A stretch of 64,000 bases of DNA from Bdellovibrionales bacterium (GCA_041690295.1 JAWLHR010000001.1:128001-192000); one strand, 5' to 3'. Counted from the first letter of the stretch, positions 9,153-19,553 are shown. The notes: generated from the sequence alone by a model not told the origin. Numbers and translations are program-made.

Positions 9153-9890
9153 TTACTTTCCGAGGTTGATGTCCTCGGCCGCGCCATGGTCTTCCCGAGC
9201 GATGGCTTCCAAGCGCACCTTTTGTTCAAACTCCCGGCGAAGATCGGCGTTGCGACTGGGATTTGCTGGATCCCAAACGATACAGTACTGCGACGAACTC
9301 AATGAATCGGAAATCGGTACCGCGCCCTCAAGACAAACGCCATTGCGTCGATTTATACAGCGACCCCAGAAGAAATCGAATCGGCCCTTGGAGTTAAAGT
9401 ATTTCGGACTTCCCGTATCGCCCACGTAAACGAATCCGTCGTGAATCATGGCGGTTCCGTCACGTTCGCTGCCGCAGCGTTTGCCCACTAAACTTTTAAT
9501 AAAAATCAACTCACCGTACCGGTGATGTTTGGTGGACGCGGCGATCGTGCGGCACGGGTTCAAACAATTCGAGCGATGTCCATATCCGTTCTTGCAACGC
9601 GCTTCCGAAAGTCTTTGATCCTGGTAACCATAGTTATGCAACCATTGTTCACCGTTCTTTTTATATATGCATGTTCCTTCCATTCGATCGCAGGTGTAAT
9701 GATCGTAGGCATCGAGAATGGGCACATAGTAATGAGTCACCTGCTTACTGGTTGCTGATTTTCCTGGCAGGCAACGCGGGTGAATCGCCGCGGTTTCGGG
9801 ATTAGAGGATGCACTGTAAGGGGCCGATTCGTCGGCTTGAGCCCCGCATCCCATCGCAACGAAAATGAAAAATGCCCAAAAAACTCGCAT
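9153..9890 (-). CDS. Secreted Cys-rich protein with 3D-domain-like (MltA/double-psi barrel) motifs
   Basis: Signal peptide; VTHYY, TIAAS..RYGELIFI, VGDTGS..GRFDFFWG. Confidence 0.6.
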   Translation of the reverse strand: MRVFWAFFIFVAMGCGAQADESAPYSASSNPETAAIHPRCLPGKSATSKQVTHYYVPILDAYDHYTCDRMEGTCIYKKNGEQWLHNYGYQDQRLSEARCKNGYGHRSNCLNPCRTIAASTKHHRYGELIFIKSLVGKRCGSERDGTAMIHDGFVYVGDTGSPKYFNSKGRFDFFWGRCINRRNGVCLEGAVPISDSLSSSQYCIVWDPANPSRNADLRREFEQKVRLEAIAREDHGAAEDINLGK

Positions 9891-9984
9891 TCCCTCTCCC
9901 CCTTTTTTGCGCTGACGACGTTAGTAAATTGTCGCCATGCGGGGAGAGCGTCGCGAGTCCAGTTTTGTATATATTGACGTACGA

Positions 9985-10635
9985 TCAGGTTACCGAGCTT
10001 AAAGCCAGCTTACGTGCGAATTCACCGACGAATTCCTCTCGGACTAAAGAATAATTTATTGTTTCACTTAATTCTTCTTCTATTGACGTCATGATGTTCG
10101 ATGAAAATCCGCAGGGCTGAATGCCTTTGAATGCAGCAGGATCATGCAGGACGTTGATCGCCACACCATGGTAGGTGATCCATCGACGAACGGCGATGCC
10201 GATGGAAGCGATCTTCTTCGCACCGATCCACACGCCGGTGAGAGAAATTTCACCGGATTTGGTGGTGCGCGCTTCAGCGTTGGGCAATCCGATTTTTTTG
10301 AGCACACTGACGCAGGAATCTTCAATCGCACGCAAATACGCGTGCACATCCCGCTCACGCAATCCCTCACGCGCTAACCGCAAATCAACAATGGGATAAA
10401 TAATGACTTGATTGGGGCCGTGATAGGTGGCTCGCCCGCCACGGGTTGTGGCGTAGGTCTCACCGGTCCAACCGGTGAGATCCTCGTCCTTTGTTCCCCG
10501 CCCAAGAGTCACCACGGGCGGATGTGTGCAAACAATTATTCGTTCCGGACCGCCGTTATGAACCTCATCCACCGCCTCTAACTGGCGCCGAGTGGCTTCT
10601 TCGTAATGAATCAGCCCCCAGTCTTCAATCCTCAA
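9985..10635 (-). CDS. lipB: Octanoyltransferase
   Basis: HPPVVTLG, RGGRATYHGP, KIASIG, HGVAIN, PCG. Confidence 0.95.
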   Translation of the reverse strand: MRIEDWGLIHYEEATRRQLEAVDEVHNGGPERIIVCTHPPVVTLGRGTKDEDLTGWTGETYATTRGGRATYHGPNQVIIYPIVDLRLAREGLRERDVHAYLRAIEDSCVSVLKKIGLPNAEARTTKSGEISLTGVWIGAKKIASIGIAVRRWITYHGVAINVLHDPAAFKGIQPCGFSSNIMTSIEEELSETINYSLVREEFVGEFARKLALSSVT

Positions 10636-12086
10636 GCATTCGCCCGGGGTTGTCGCGCCGGCTGATGCAGAGGTTTCTGAATGATGTGAATCGCGTGTCC
10701 AAGCGCGGCTTCCGCCGCCTCCATCATGGTTTCACCCAAAGTCGGATGGGGATGAATCGTGAGCGCCAAATCTTCGAGACAAGCGCCCATTTCAATCGCC
10801 AGTGCCGCTTCAGAAATCAAATTGCTGGCTTCAGGTCCGACAATGTGAACGCCCAACACGATGTGAGTTTTCGCGTCGGCGATGATCTTCACAAAGCCGT
10901 CGGCGTCCATCATCGAAACCGCGCGCCCGTTGGCGGCGAACGGAAACTTGCCAATTTTCAATTCCGGATGCCCTTTGGCCTTCGCCTCGCTTTCAAGCAT
11001 TCCCGCCGATGCGATTTCCGGATCCACGAAAATCACCGCGGGAACCGTCTTGGCGTCGTACGCACGGTTTTGTCCGGCGATCACTTCAGCCACGAGCACG
11101 CCTTCATGACTGGCTTTGTGCGCGAGCATCGGTTGCCCAGCGATATCGCCGATGGCGAAAATTCCCGGAACATTGGTTTTCCGCTGCGGATTCACTTTAA
11201 TGAATCCTTTTTCGTCGATGGCCACGCCGATATTTTTCAAACCGAGCTGATCGGAATTCGGACGACGACCGACGGTCAGCAAAATTTTATCCGCCTTCAA
11301 AGTTTGAGCTTTGCCGTCGACTTCGACAGTGACTTCGCAACCGTCTTTACCCTTCTTCCAACCTTTGGCTTTGGCATTGAGCAGAACTTCCACGCCGTTC
11401 TTTTTCAATCGGCGAGCGACGACCTGCACGCAATCCGGATCCGCCACACCGTTAAGAAGAGCGGGACCGGCTTCAACCACGGTCACCTGAGTGCCGAGCT
11501 TCGCCATGTAAGAACCGATCTCCAAACCGATGTACCCACCGCCGATCACCACCAAACGCTCGACTTTTTTGTCCAACGCCAAGGCGCCCGTCGACGAGAG
11601 CACATCTTTTTCATCGATGGTGAAACCCGGAATCTCGATGGGACGCGAACCCGTGGCCACCACGTAATTCGCGGCCTCAATGGTGACGTTTCCATCCTTG
11701 CCTTTAACCTGCAAAGACTTGGGGCTGGTGAAATTGGCTTCGCCCATGTAAACGGTGACGCTGTTTCCCTTTAAGAGTTGCGCCACACCGCTGGACATTT
11801 TGTTACAAACGGATTGTTTCCACTCCTGCAACTTTTTGTAATCCAGCTTCACCACCTCGGGCACTTGAAAGCCCATGGTGGGTCCGTCATGCATCATTCG
11901 GTGGTAGAAATGAGAGGCAGTGATCATCGCTTTGGACGGAATACAACCCACATTCAAACAGACTCCGCCCAAGAATTCGCGTTCCACCACGCAGGTTTTT
12001 TTGCCCAGTTGCGCGGCCCGAATGGCCGCCACATATCCACCGGGGCCGGCGCCAATCACACATACATCAAATTTCTCAGTTGCCAT
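10632..12086 (-). CDS. lpdA: Dihydrolipoamide dehydrogenase (E3)
   Basis: GAGPGG, GGVCLNVGCIPSK, HPHPTLGE. Confidence 0.97.
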   Translation of the reverse strand: MATEKFDVCVIGAGPGGYVAAIRAAQLGKKTCVVEREFLGGVCLNVGCIPSKAMITASHFYHRMMHDGPTMGFQVPEVVKLDYKKLQEWKQSVCNKMSSGVAQLLKGNSVTVYMGEANFTSPKSLQVKGKDGNVTIEAANYVVATGSRPIEIPGFTIDEKDVLSSTGALALDKKVERLVVIGGGYIGLEIGSYMAKLGTQVTVVEAGPALLNGVADPDCVQVVARRLKKNGVEVLLNAKAKGWKKGKDGCEVTVEVDGKAQTLKADKILLTVGRRPNSDQLGLKNIGVAIDEKGFIKVNPQRKTNVPGIFAIGDIAGQPMLAHKASHEGVLVAEVIAGQNRAYDAKTVPAVIFVDPEIASAGMLESEAKAKGHPELKIGKFPFAANGRAVSMMDADGFVKIIADAKTHIVLGVHIVGPEASNLISEAALAIEMGACLEDLALTIHPHPTLGETMMEAAEAALGHAIHIIQKPLHQPARQPRANA

Positions 12087-12097
12087 TCTTACGTCTC

Positions 12098-13381
12098 CTA
12101 AATCATGTCCAACATAAGTTGTGAGGGATTTTCGATGCGGGCGATGAAGGATTTCATAAAGTTCGCCGCCACGGCGCCGTCAATCAGACGATGATCGCAA
12201 GTGATGGTGAAATTCATGAATTGGCCGCGGACAAACTCCTTGCCGTTCCACACCGGTTTATCCTGAATCTTATACATGCCCAAAATCGCCACTTCCGGAT
12301 GATTGATGATCGGAGTGGCGTAAAGTCCGCCGACGCTGCCGATATTGGTGATCGTGATCGTGGCGCCTTTCATATCGTCCAATGCCAGCTTGCCATCGCG
12401 CGCTTTCTGCGCGAGCTGCTGGATCTCCTGCGAAATTTGCAGCGTGGTTTTAAAATCAGCGTTCTTAACCACGGGCACCATCAAACCATTCGGCGTATCG
12501 GCCGCGAACCCGATATTAAAATACTTCTTGTAAACGATTTCCGCCGAGTGATCGTCCATGCTGGCGTTGAACATGGGGAACTCGCGGCAGGTGGCGACCA
12601 GCGCCTTCATCACGAAGGGAAGATAGGTCACCTTCACGCCGTATTTTTCGGCGTGCTCCTTCGCTTGCGCGCGCATCGCCACCAACTGATCCACCCGCGC
12701 TTCTTCCATCAAAGTGAAGTGCGGAATGATGTGTTTGGCCATTTGCATGTTCTCGGCGATCTTCTTGCGAACCCCTCGAAGCGGCACCCGCTCCTCAAGC
12801 GCCCCTTGCTGGGAAATGAACGCGGGCTTGGGAATTTCGAGAATCGCCCGGCTGGTGGCCGGCATGGTGACCGCACCGCCTTTGGCTTTCAAAACATCTT
12901 CTCTTGTCACGCGTCCGGCAAGGCCTGTGCCTTTCAAAGCGTTGATGTCCACGCCCGCTTCGCGAGCCAATCGGCGAGTGGCCGGTGTGGCCAACACGCG
13001 GGATTCGGCGGCCGGCGGATAAACATCCATTCCCGCTCCGCCCGAAGTCGGTGCGGGACGCGGAGGCGCCGACGTGGCCGCGGGAGGCGCGGGTTTGGCC
13101 GCCGGGGCTTTCGCCGGCTCGGCCGGTTTCGCGCCACCACCGTCGCTATCGAGAACCAGGATCACGGTTTCAATGGGAATCACATCACCCACTTTGAATT
13201 TCAATTCCTTAACCACACCGGCGTAAGGGCTCGGCACTTCAACCGTCGCCTTATCCGTCATGATCTCAGCCACCGGTTGGTCCGCCTTGACTTGATCTCC
13301 CGGCTTCACCAGCCACTTGACCAATTCACCTTCGGTGACGCCTTCGCCGACATCGGGAAGTTTCACGTTCTGAATCGCCAT
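12098..13381 (-). CDS. 2-oxoacid dehydrogenase E2 acyltransferase, single lipoyl domain
   Basis: MTDKATVEV lipoyl site; ATPATRRLARE E3-binding domain; DHRLIDG. Confidence 0.95.
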   Translation of the reverse strand: MAIQNVKLPDVGEGVTEGELVKWLVKPGDQVKADQPVAEIMTDKATVEVPSPYAGVVKELKFKVGDVIPIETVILVLDSDGGGAKPAEPAKAPAAKPAPPAATSAPPRPAPTSGGAGMDVYPPAAESRVLATPATRRLAREAGVDINALKGTGLAGRVTREDVLKAKGGAVTMPATSRAILEIPKPAFISQQGALEERVPLRGVRKKIAENMQMAKHIIPHFTLMEEARVDQLVAMRAQAKEHAEKYGVKVTYLPFVMKALVATCREFPMFNASMDDHSAEIVYKKYFNIGFAADTPNGLMVPVVKNADFKTTLQISQEIQQLAQKARDGKLALDDMKGATITITNIGSVGGLYATPIINHPEVAILGMYKIQDKPVWNGKEFVRGQFMNFTITCDHRLIDGAVAANFMKSFIARIENPSQLMLDMI

Positions 13382-14308
13382 TTAGCCGCCTCCTCGCTGC
13401 TTTCGTTTTTCGATAACACCCTTCATGAAGTACTCACCGGCACGATACGAGCTGCGAACCAGTGGTCCACTTGCCACATACAAAAAGCCCATCCCTTCGG
13501 CTTCCACCTGCCACTCTTTGAATTTTTGCGGCGTCACGAATTCCGCCACCGGCAGATGCCGCTTCTGAGGCTGCAGATATTGTCCGAAGGTCACGACATC
13601 GCATCCAACGTCGCGCAGATCCCGCAGAGTTTGGCGGATCTCCTCGTCAGTCTCACCCAAACCCAGCATAAGAGAAGTTTTGGTGTAGCGGGTAGGATCT
13701 TTACGTTTCACAAATTCCAATACATTGAGCGATTGCCGGTAACCCGCCCGCGGATCGCGCACGGTTTTCTGCAATCGCTCGACGGTTTCCACGTTATGGG
13801 CGAAGACATCCGGCTCGGCATCGACGATGTAACCAATGAATTGCTCGTTGCCTTTAAAGTCCGGCGTCAGCACTTCGATGATCAGACCCGGCGCCGATTC
13901 TTTGAGAAATTGAACCGTGCGCGCGAAATGCATCGAACCCTCGTCCGGCAAATCATCACGGTCCACGCTGGTCAGCACGACATAATCGAGACCCATTTGC
14001 GCCACCGCATGGGCCACCTTCTGTGGCTCTTCATGATCCAACTTGCCTTTTGGATTTCCGGTTTTCACATTACAAAAACGGCAACCGCGCGTGCAAACCT
14101 CGCCCATCAGCATGATGGTCGCGGTTCCGCCACCCCAACACTCACCGATGTTCGGGCATTGAGCTTCCTGGCATACAGTCGCCAGATTCAGGCCTTTGAG
14201 GAGGTCTTTAATCCGCAGATATCGCTCGCCCGAGGGCGCGCGCATTTTGATCCAAGCCGGCTTGGGGAGGCGTTTTCGCGGAGCCTTAACGGCCGCCTCT
14301 TGTGACAT
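13382..14308 (-). CDS. lipA: Lipoyl synthase
   Basis: CQEAQCPNIGEC, CTRGCRFC, RSSYRA. Confidence 0.97.
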   Translation of the reverse strand: MSQEAAVKAPRKRLPKPAWIKMRAPSGERYLRIKDLLKGLNLATVCQEAQCPNIGECWGGGTATIMLMGEVCTRGCRFCNVKTGNPKGKLDHEEPQKVAHAVAQMGLDYVVLTSVDRDDLPDEGSMHFARTVQFLKESAPGLIIEVLTPDFKGNEQFIGYIVDAEPDVFAHNVETVERLQKTVRDPRAGYRQSLNVLEFVKRKDPTRYTKTSLMLGLGETDEEIRQTLRDLRDVGCDVVTFGQYLQPQKRHLPVAEFVTPQKFKEWQVEAEGMGFLYVASGPLVRSSYRAGEYFMKGVIEKRKQRGGG

Positions 14309-14398
14309 TCTTCACCTCTTCCAGTACATTACCCCCAACGTTGTAATCATGACCTCCTAAAAAGTCAGCGATTACGCCTTGCACCAAGGAGCTGCGAA

Positions 14399-15118
14399 TT
14401 GCAATTTCAGGAACCTGTTCGCCAAGGGGAATTTCTTAAACGCTACAAACGGTTTTTTGCCGACATCCGTTACAACGAAGAGGTGATTGTCGCCCACGTG
14501 CCGAACACGGGCAGCCTGAAATCCTGTTTGTTCGAGAACGCACCCTGCATTTGGACTGAGAGTCAAAATCCGGCACGTAAACTCAAGGGCACCCTACAGT
14601 TTTTGCAAACTCCCGACGGCTGGGTGGGTGTTAATACTTCAATTACCAACGATCTTGTCCATGAAGCCTGGAGCCAAAAGCGGATTCCCGACTGGCACCC
14701 TTTCACCCAAGCCAAGCGTGAAGTGAAATTAAGCCCGGAAACCCGCATTGATTTGGTCCTGGCACCGAACGAAACCGCGTTGGCGGAAGGCCGGGATCTC
14801 ACCTACGTGGAAGTGAAAAATGTCAGTTACTTCGAAAATGGAGTGGCGAGATTTCCCGATGCGGTCACCGTTCGCGGGCAAAAGCATCTGCAGGAGTTAA
14901 TGAAGCTGAAATCCAAGGGATTCGGCGCGGAAACCGTCTTCGTCATTCAGCGCGAGAAATGTCGGGCCTTCGCTCCCGCCGACGCCATTGACCCGGAATA
15001 CGGCCGTCTTCTCAGGCAAGCCGCCGAGCAGGGCGTAAAGTTGCGGGCTTTTGCATGTGAAATTGATCCGAAGACCGGCGTGAGCTTAAGCGCCACGCCG
15101 GTACCGATTGAACTTTAG
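14399..15118 (+). CDS. sfsA: SfsA DNA/RNA nuclease family protein
   Basis: RYKRFFAD, HVPNTGS, VEVKNV, FPDAVTVRGQKHL; TTG start. Confidence 0.92.
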   Translation: MQFQEPVRQGEFLKRYKRFFADIRYNEEVIVAHVPNTGSLKSCLFENAPCIWTESQNPARKLKGTLQFLQTPDGWVGVNTSITNDLVHEAWSQKRIPDWHPFTQAKREVKLSPETRIDLVLAPNETALAEGRDLTYVEVKNVSYFENGVARFPDAVTVRGQKHLQELMKLKSKGFGAETVFVIQREKCRAFAPADAIDPEYGRLLRQAAEQGVKLRAFACEIDPKTGVSLSATPVPIEL

Positions 15119-15906
15119 TTCTTCGAGAGATGACGATCGATGATTTTTTTGAAATCAGGAACGTTGGGATCGTTCGATTGGAACGGATAGGCGCCTTTTA
15201 ACGATACGCCGTTGATTAAAAAGCCGGGCGTTCCGGTAAATTCAAATTTACGAGCTTCTTCCATATCGGCATTGATGCGTTCCTGGATGGAATCATCACT
15301 CAAATCCTTTTCCACCTTTTTAAGGTTGGCGCCCACTTTCTTAGCCGCGTCTTTAAGGAACTTTTCGCCGTCCTGATTGAGCTTGGCCTGGTTGGAAAAG
15401 ATCATGTCATGAAACTTTTCGGCTTTGGAATGATCCTGCTTGGCGATGGCCTCGAAGTACTTCGCGGCGGGCATGGCCAGAGGATGGAAATCGAGCGGAA
15501 GATGCTTCAACACCACGCGGACTTGATCGGGGTAATTTTTAAGAACTTCCTTAATCGTGTTGTACCCTCGCGCGCAGTAAGGACATTGAAAATCAGTGTA
15601 CTCAACGATGGTCACCGGAGCGTCTTTTTTGCCGAAAATCACGCGGCCGTCTTCAATGGCCGGCTGCTTGGGATTCTTGAACTCCTCTTCCATCCGGGCC
15701 TGTTCTTCTTTGGCCTCATCTTCGCGTGCCGACATTTGGGCTTCGCGAACGGCTTCATTAACCGTTTCCACGAATTTTTTGGGGTTCTTTTTGATCGCGT
15801 TGAAAACGATGTCTGGATTATCCGCGATTGTCTTTTCAAGCTGACTCTTGGACGTGCAACCCGCCAGCAACGCAATCATTCCGGTGAACAAAATCAATTT
15901 TTTCAA
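15115..15906 (-). CDS. DsbA family thiol-disulfide oxidoreductase lipoprotein
   Basis: Lipobox LLAGC; DFQCPYC; GTP cis-Pro motif; AAGGAG RBS. Confidence 0.9.
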   Translation of the reverse strand: MKKLILFTGMIALLAGCTSKSQLEKTIADNPDIVFNAIKKNPKKFVETVNEAVREAQMSAREDEAKEEQARMEEEFKNPKQPAIEDGRVIFGKKDAPVTIVEYTDFQCPYCARGYNTIKEVLKNYPDQVRVVLKHLPLDFHPLAMPAAKYFEAIAKQDHSKAEKFHDMIFSNQAKLNQDGEKFLKDAAKKVGANLKKVEKDLSDDSIQERINADMEEARKFEFTGTPGFLINGVSLKGAYPFQSNDPNVPDFKKIIDRHLSKN

Positions 15907-16037
15907 AGGTCACTCCTTATTAAGTCTCAATATTAAACATGTCGATTCTGACACAGACGCTCATATATGCCAATTGTCTCAAAATTGAACACCTTGCAGC
16001 ATAGACAAATTGTGACATGGGGAATTAGAATCGAAAT

Positions 16038-16649
16038 ATGAAAATATCACTACTCGCTCTTCTGCTCGCGTTCACCTGGTCCGCAATCGCTGAAAACTAC
16101 AAATACAACGAATTGATCATCAAAGATTACGATGAGATGCAGGAAATGGTCCGCCACTTCGTTGATCGGGCCCGCGACGCCGCCGGCGAGGACGGAACCA
16201 GCAATGAGGACGAGGCCGTCGGCTATTTGCGGGAGGCTTTGAAGCTCATTTTCTCGCGGCCCAACAGCGACAACATGGTGGCGAAACTGGTGCCCGAAGT
16301 GCGCCGGGTCCTGCTTGGCTTCAATGCGTACGAGCGGGAGATCGGCTCGCTGGTCAATGAGGCCATCGGCGTTTTGAAGAAGAAAAACGTGGCCACCAGC
16401 GTGCAATCCACCTCCTTGTTCATCCTGGACAATATCCTGGCTGAGATCCGGCCCGAGGCGGAAAACAATGCGATGTTACGGGAAGTGATCGCGCGCGTTC
16501 GCGACGCCAAATTGAGGATCCCTAAAGACGTGATCAAAGAACGTCAGAACCGCATGTTCTCGACACAGAATCCCTCGGATCTGGCGAAGGAAATTCTTAA
16601 AACCATCGAGAAGCGCGAAAAGGCCGCCAAGAAAGCCAAAAAGGACTAG
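16038..16649 (+). CDS. Secreted alpha-helical hypothetical protein
   Basis: Signal peptide, Lys-rich tail, codon usage like neighbours. Confidence 0.7.
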   Translation: MKISLLALLLAFTWSAIAENYKYNELIIKDYDEMQEMVRHFVDRARDAAGEDGTSNEDEAVGYLREALKLIFSRPNSDNMVAKLVPEVRRVLLGFNAYEREIGSLVNEAIGVLKKKNVATSVQSTSLFILDNILAEIRPEAENNAMLREVIARVRDAKLRIPKDVIKERQNRMFSTQNPSDLAKEILKTIEKREKAAKKAKKD

Positions 16650-17179
16650 TTCAGAGATTCGTCTTTTTTCAGCAAGACGATGCGGTTTTCCCAGACCGGG
16701 CCCTGCCCCCATCCGAGTTCAAGAAGAAGTTCATTTTCCCCTTCGGATAAAGGGATGAAATCCGTGGTCAGGTTTTGGGATTCCGAAAGAAAGACGGTCC
16801 CACGGTAACCATTGGTGATATTTGTCACACGAATCGCATCGACGCCCGGGTCGGACTGACAAGGGCGCCCGGTGAGCCGGACCCAGCGGGCCGAGGTCAT
16901 GGGTCCCACCTGATCCCGAATGTCCCAACATCCCAACTTGATCACTTCCATACGGATGGGTTCAAAGGCCCGGCTTTCGTGGAATACCTTGGGCAATTGA
17001 CCGGATTGCAAACTCGCCGGCAATCGGACCAATGAGACGAGAGGATCATCGGCCATCTCGGCCGCCACTTCCGAATCCGGTCGCGAGTCAAAGAGAAATC
17101 CCACGAAGACCCAACTCATCAGCGCGAGCGCGATCAATGAAATTTTTAAAAGCGCCCAGCGCATTTGAGTCCGGTCCAT
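16646..17179 (-). CDS. Membrane-anchored hypothetical protein with beta-rich C-terminus
   Basis: N-terminal TM; C-terminal IPLSEGENELLLEL resembles an Ig-like strand pattern. Confidence 0.6.
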   Translation of the reverse strand: MDRTQMRWALLKISLIALALMSWVFVGFLFDSRPDSEVAAEMADDPLVSLVRLPASLQSGQLPKVFHESRAFEPIRMEVIKLGCWDIRDQVGPMTSARWVRLTGRPCQSDPGVDAIRVTNITNGYRGTVFLSESQNLTTDFIPLSEGENELLLELGWGQGPVWENRIVLLKKDESLN

Positions 17180-17186
17180 AGTGAAC

Positions 17187-17214
17187 GCTTCGGCGAAACC
17201 GGCTCAGGAATTCA
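17187..17214 (-). promoter_or_regulatory. Putative sigma28 (FliA)-type promoter
   Basis: TGAAT-N15-GCCGAAGC on minus strand, 7 nt before ATG 17179. Confidence 0.4.
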
Positions 17215-17238
17215 CGGCTTGTATCAGGGTGAGACGCG

Positions 17239-18057
17239 CTATTCAGTCCACGCGAAACCGATCAAGATCAAATCCTGCTTGACCGTGGGGCCGCGCTCTT
17301 TGGTGTCGGTGGACGCGGTTAAAGAGGTGGACAGATTGCGGCTGATCCGACGTGTGCCGACCAACTGATAAACCCCGTCCATTTGGCGGTGGACCGCGGT
17401 TACGGTCACCTTCTTATTCACGGGATAACCGAGAGTGTAAATCAATTCTTCCGGCGAGGAGATGATTCCGTTCATTTCGACCCGCACCTTGCAGGTCACG
17501 TCGTAGGGGTTTTCCAGGCGAATATCCATGTTCGGCCCGGCGAAGTTGTACTTCCATTTCAGCTTGTAGCCTTTGCGCATTTGCACGTCGAGGTTACTGA
17601 CGCGGTCCTTGAATTCATACACCGGCCTGAGATCGGGATCGTTTTTCACCCAATTATCGACGTGATATTCAGTCAGGCGTCGGCCCATGTATTCGGCGAA
17701 TTCGCGCTGGTACTTCTGGTATTCCTGTACGGTGACGTTGCGGCCGGTGTAGTAGGTGTATTCATCGCTTCGCGCGACCGTGTTGAACACCTGCTCCGCC
17801 TGCGATTGACCGAATCGGTATTCATATTGCTGCTGGAACTCGCGCGACAGCTTTTCATTGAAAATCACTTCTTTAAGCTGTTTCTTGGGCTCGGGCGGCG
17901 GCTGGAGCATCACCATTTCGATGTCGCGGCGGTTGCGCTCTTCAGTGACTTCAAAAAGATATCCGTGGTGCGCGCCAAAGATCTGCGGCTTCGCCTCGTC
18001 ATCGGCAAGGGCCGGGAATCCGATCGCAAAAATAAAAATCAAGGGCGCCAACCGCAT
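17239..18057 (-). CDS. Secreted hypothetical protein, probable C-terminal beta-barrel
   Basis: Signal peptide (MRLAPLIFIFAIGFPALA); alternating beta-strands ending LILIGFAWTE. Confidence 0.65.
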   Translation of the reverse strand: MRLAPLIFIFAIGFPALADDEAKPQIFGAHHGYLFEVTEERNRRDIEMVMLQPPPEPKKQLKEVIFNEKLSREFQQQYEYRFGQSQAEQVFNTVARSDEYTYYTGRNVTVQEYQKYQREFAEYMGRRLTEYHVDNWVKNDPDLRPVYEFKDRVSNLDVQMRKGYKLKWKYNFAGPNMDIRLENPYDVTCKVRVEMNGIISSPEELIYTLGYPVNKKVTVTAVHRQMDGVYQLVGTRRISRNLSTSLTASTDTKERGPTVKQDLILIGFAWTE

Positions 18058-18123
18058 GGCCCATTCTATCATAACCCCGCGATATCGTTTGACACCATCT
18101 CACAATGGGACATCTTCTAGGGT

Positions 18124-18750
18124 ATGCATTTAAAAGCCCGTGATGACATTCACCTGGCCCGGCGTCTGTGGCATTTCGGCGGTGTTTTCTCCGTATTCCT
18201 TTTGTATTGGTTTCTCGAGCCGCGCCAGGCCCAAATGGTGGCGCTTCCCGTCGCGGTGATCATGATCGGATTCGACTGGGCTAGACTCCGCAGCCGGCGT
18301 TTGAACCGGTTTTTCACCTGGTTATTCAAACTCGTCTTACGTGAGAGCGAAAGAGCGCACTACGCGGCCTCGACCGCTCTCGTGGCCGGTATCACGCTGA
18401 CGATCTGGCTCTTTCCCAAAGACGTGGTGCTGCTCTCGCTGCTTTTCGTCTCTTTTGCCGATCCATTGGCCAGTTATTTCGGTATCCGCTACGGCAAAGA
18501 CAAACTGATCGGCAACAAGAGTTTGCAGGGATCACTGGCCGCTTTTGTGACGTGTTTCGTTCTTTCGTTTTTGTTTTTTCAATACAAAGGTTTGATGACC
18601 GAGCGCCTGTTCATCGCCTGTCTTTTGGCGGGTTTGATCGGCGCCTTTTCCGAGCTTGTGCCGGTGTGGAAATTGGACGATAACTTCGTATTCCCGGTCT
18701 TAAGCGCGACCCTTCTGGCGGGATTGTTTTACGTTTTCGGAGGCCTTTGA
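18124..18750 (+). CDS. CTP-dependent diacylglycerol/polyprenol kinase family membrane protein
   Basis: RRLWH, FADPLASYFG, KSLQGS, LDDN motifs. Confidence 0.85.
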   Translation: MHLKARDDIHLARRLWHFGGVFSVFLLYWFLEPRQAQMVALPVAVIMIGFDWARLRSRRLNRFFTWLFKLVLRESERAHYAASTALVAGITLTIWLFPKDVVLLSLLFVSFADPLASYFGIRYGKDKLIGNKSLQGSLAAFVTCFVLSFLFFQYKGLMTERLFIACLLAGLIGAFSELVPVWKLDDNFVFPVLSATLLAGLFYVFGGL

Positions 18751-19553
18751 TGTCTGAAGCCGGAAAATCCGCACGAAAGTTGGGCGTGCACATTTACGTG
18801 CTTCCCAACCTGTTGACCACCCTCAATATGTTCTGCGGGTTCTTCGCCATTATTTATTCCATCTACGGTCAGTTCACCTGGGCCGCCTATGCCATTGTGA
18901 TCGCGGCGATCTTCGACCAACTCGACGGTCGCGTCGCCCGGATGGCCAATGCCACCAGTAAGTTCGGCGCCGAGTACGACTCCTTAAGTGATTTGATCAG
19001 CTTCGGCCTGGCGCCGGGATTGTTACTCTTTCTCTGGTCACTGGAACCTTTCGGCCGGGTGGGTTGGCTGGCGAGCTTTTTTTATGTGGCTTGCGGCGCC
19101 TTGAGGCTCGCGCGCTTCAATGTGCAAAGCCAATCCATTGAGAAAGCTTACTTTCAAGGTTTACCGATTCCCATGGCGGCGGGCATTGTGGCTTCGAGTG
19201 TGTTGGCCTTCGCCGACCTGGAACTCGATGCGGCACGGTCCTGGGGCGTTTTGGCGATGACATTCTTACTGGGTTTCACCATGGTCTCCACCTTCCGTTA
19301 CCGCAGTTTCAAGGACATTGATTTCAGGCATCGTGTTCCCTTTCGTTACCTGGTCACCGGCGTGTTTATTTTCGCGATGGTGGCGATCCGGCCCGAAACG
19401 ACGCTCTTTGTTTTATTTCTGAGTTATGCCATATTGGGCGCGGTTTTCGGCATCTGGCGCCTGGGTGCCCGTCACCCACGCAATGCCAAGCCGTTCTCAC
19501 CGGAAGTGGGTGAGGACTTGCACCTCGAAGAAGAATTGGACGACGAAGAATGA
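18750..19553 (+). CDS. pssA: CDP-diacylglycerol--serine O-phosphatidyltransferase
   Basis: PNLLT, DQLDGRVAR..FGAEYDSLSDLISFG, LRLARFN, FQGLPIP. Confidence 0.93.
   Translation: MSEAGKSARKLGVHIYVLPNLLTTLNMFCGFFAIIYSIYGQFTWAAYAIVIAAIFDQLDGRVARMANATSKFGAEYDSLSDLISFGLAPGLLLFLWSLEPFGRVGWLASFFYVACGALRLARFNVQSQSIEKAYFQGLPIPMAAGIVASSVLAFADLELDAARSWGVLAMTFLLGFTMVSTFRYRSFKDIDFRHRVPFRYLVTGVFIFAMVAIRPETTLFVLFLSYAILGAVFGIWRLGARHPRNAKPFSPEVGEDLHLEEELDDEE

Noticed and set aside
10491..11774. 427-aa plus-strand ORF
   Set aside because: Antisense shadow of lpdA
12191..14305. 704-aa plus-strand ORF
   Set aside because: Antisense shadow of lipA and E2, with no recognisable motifs; expected from codon bias
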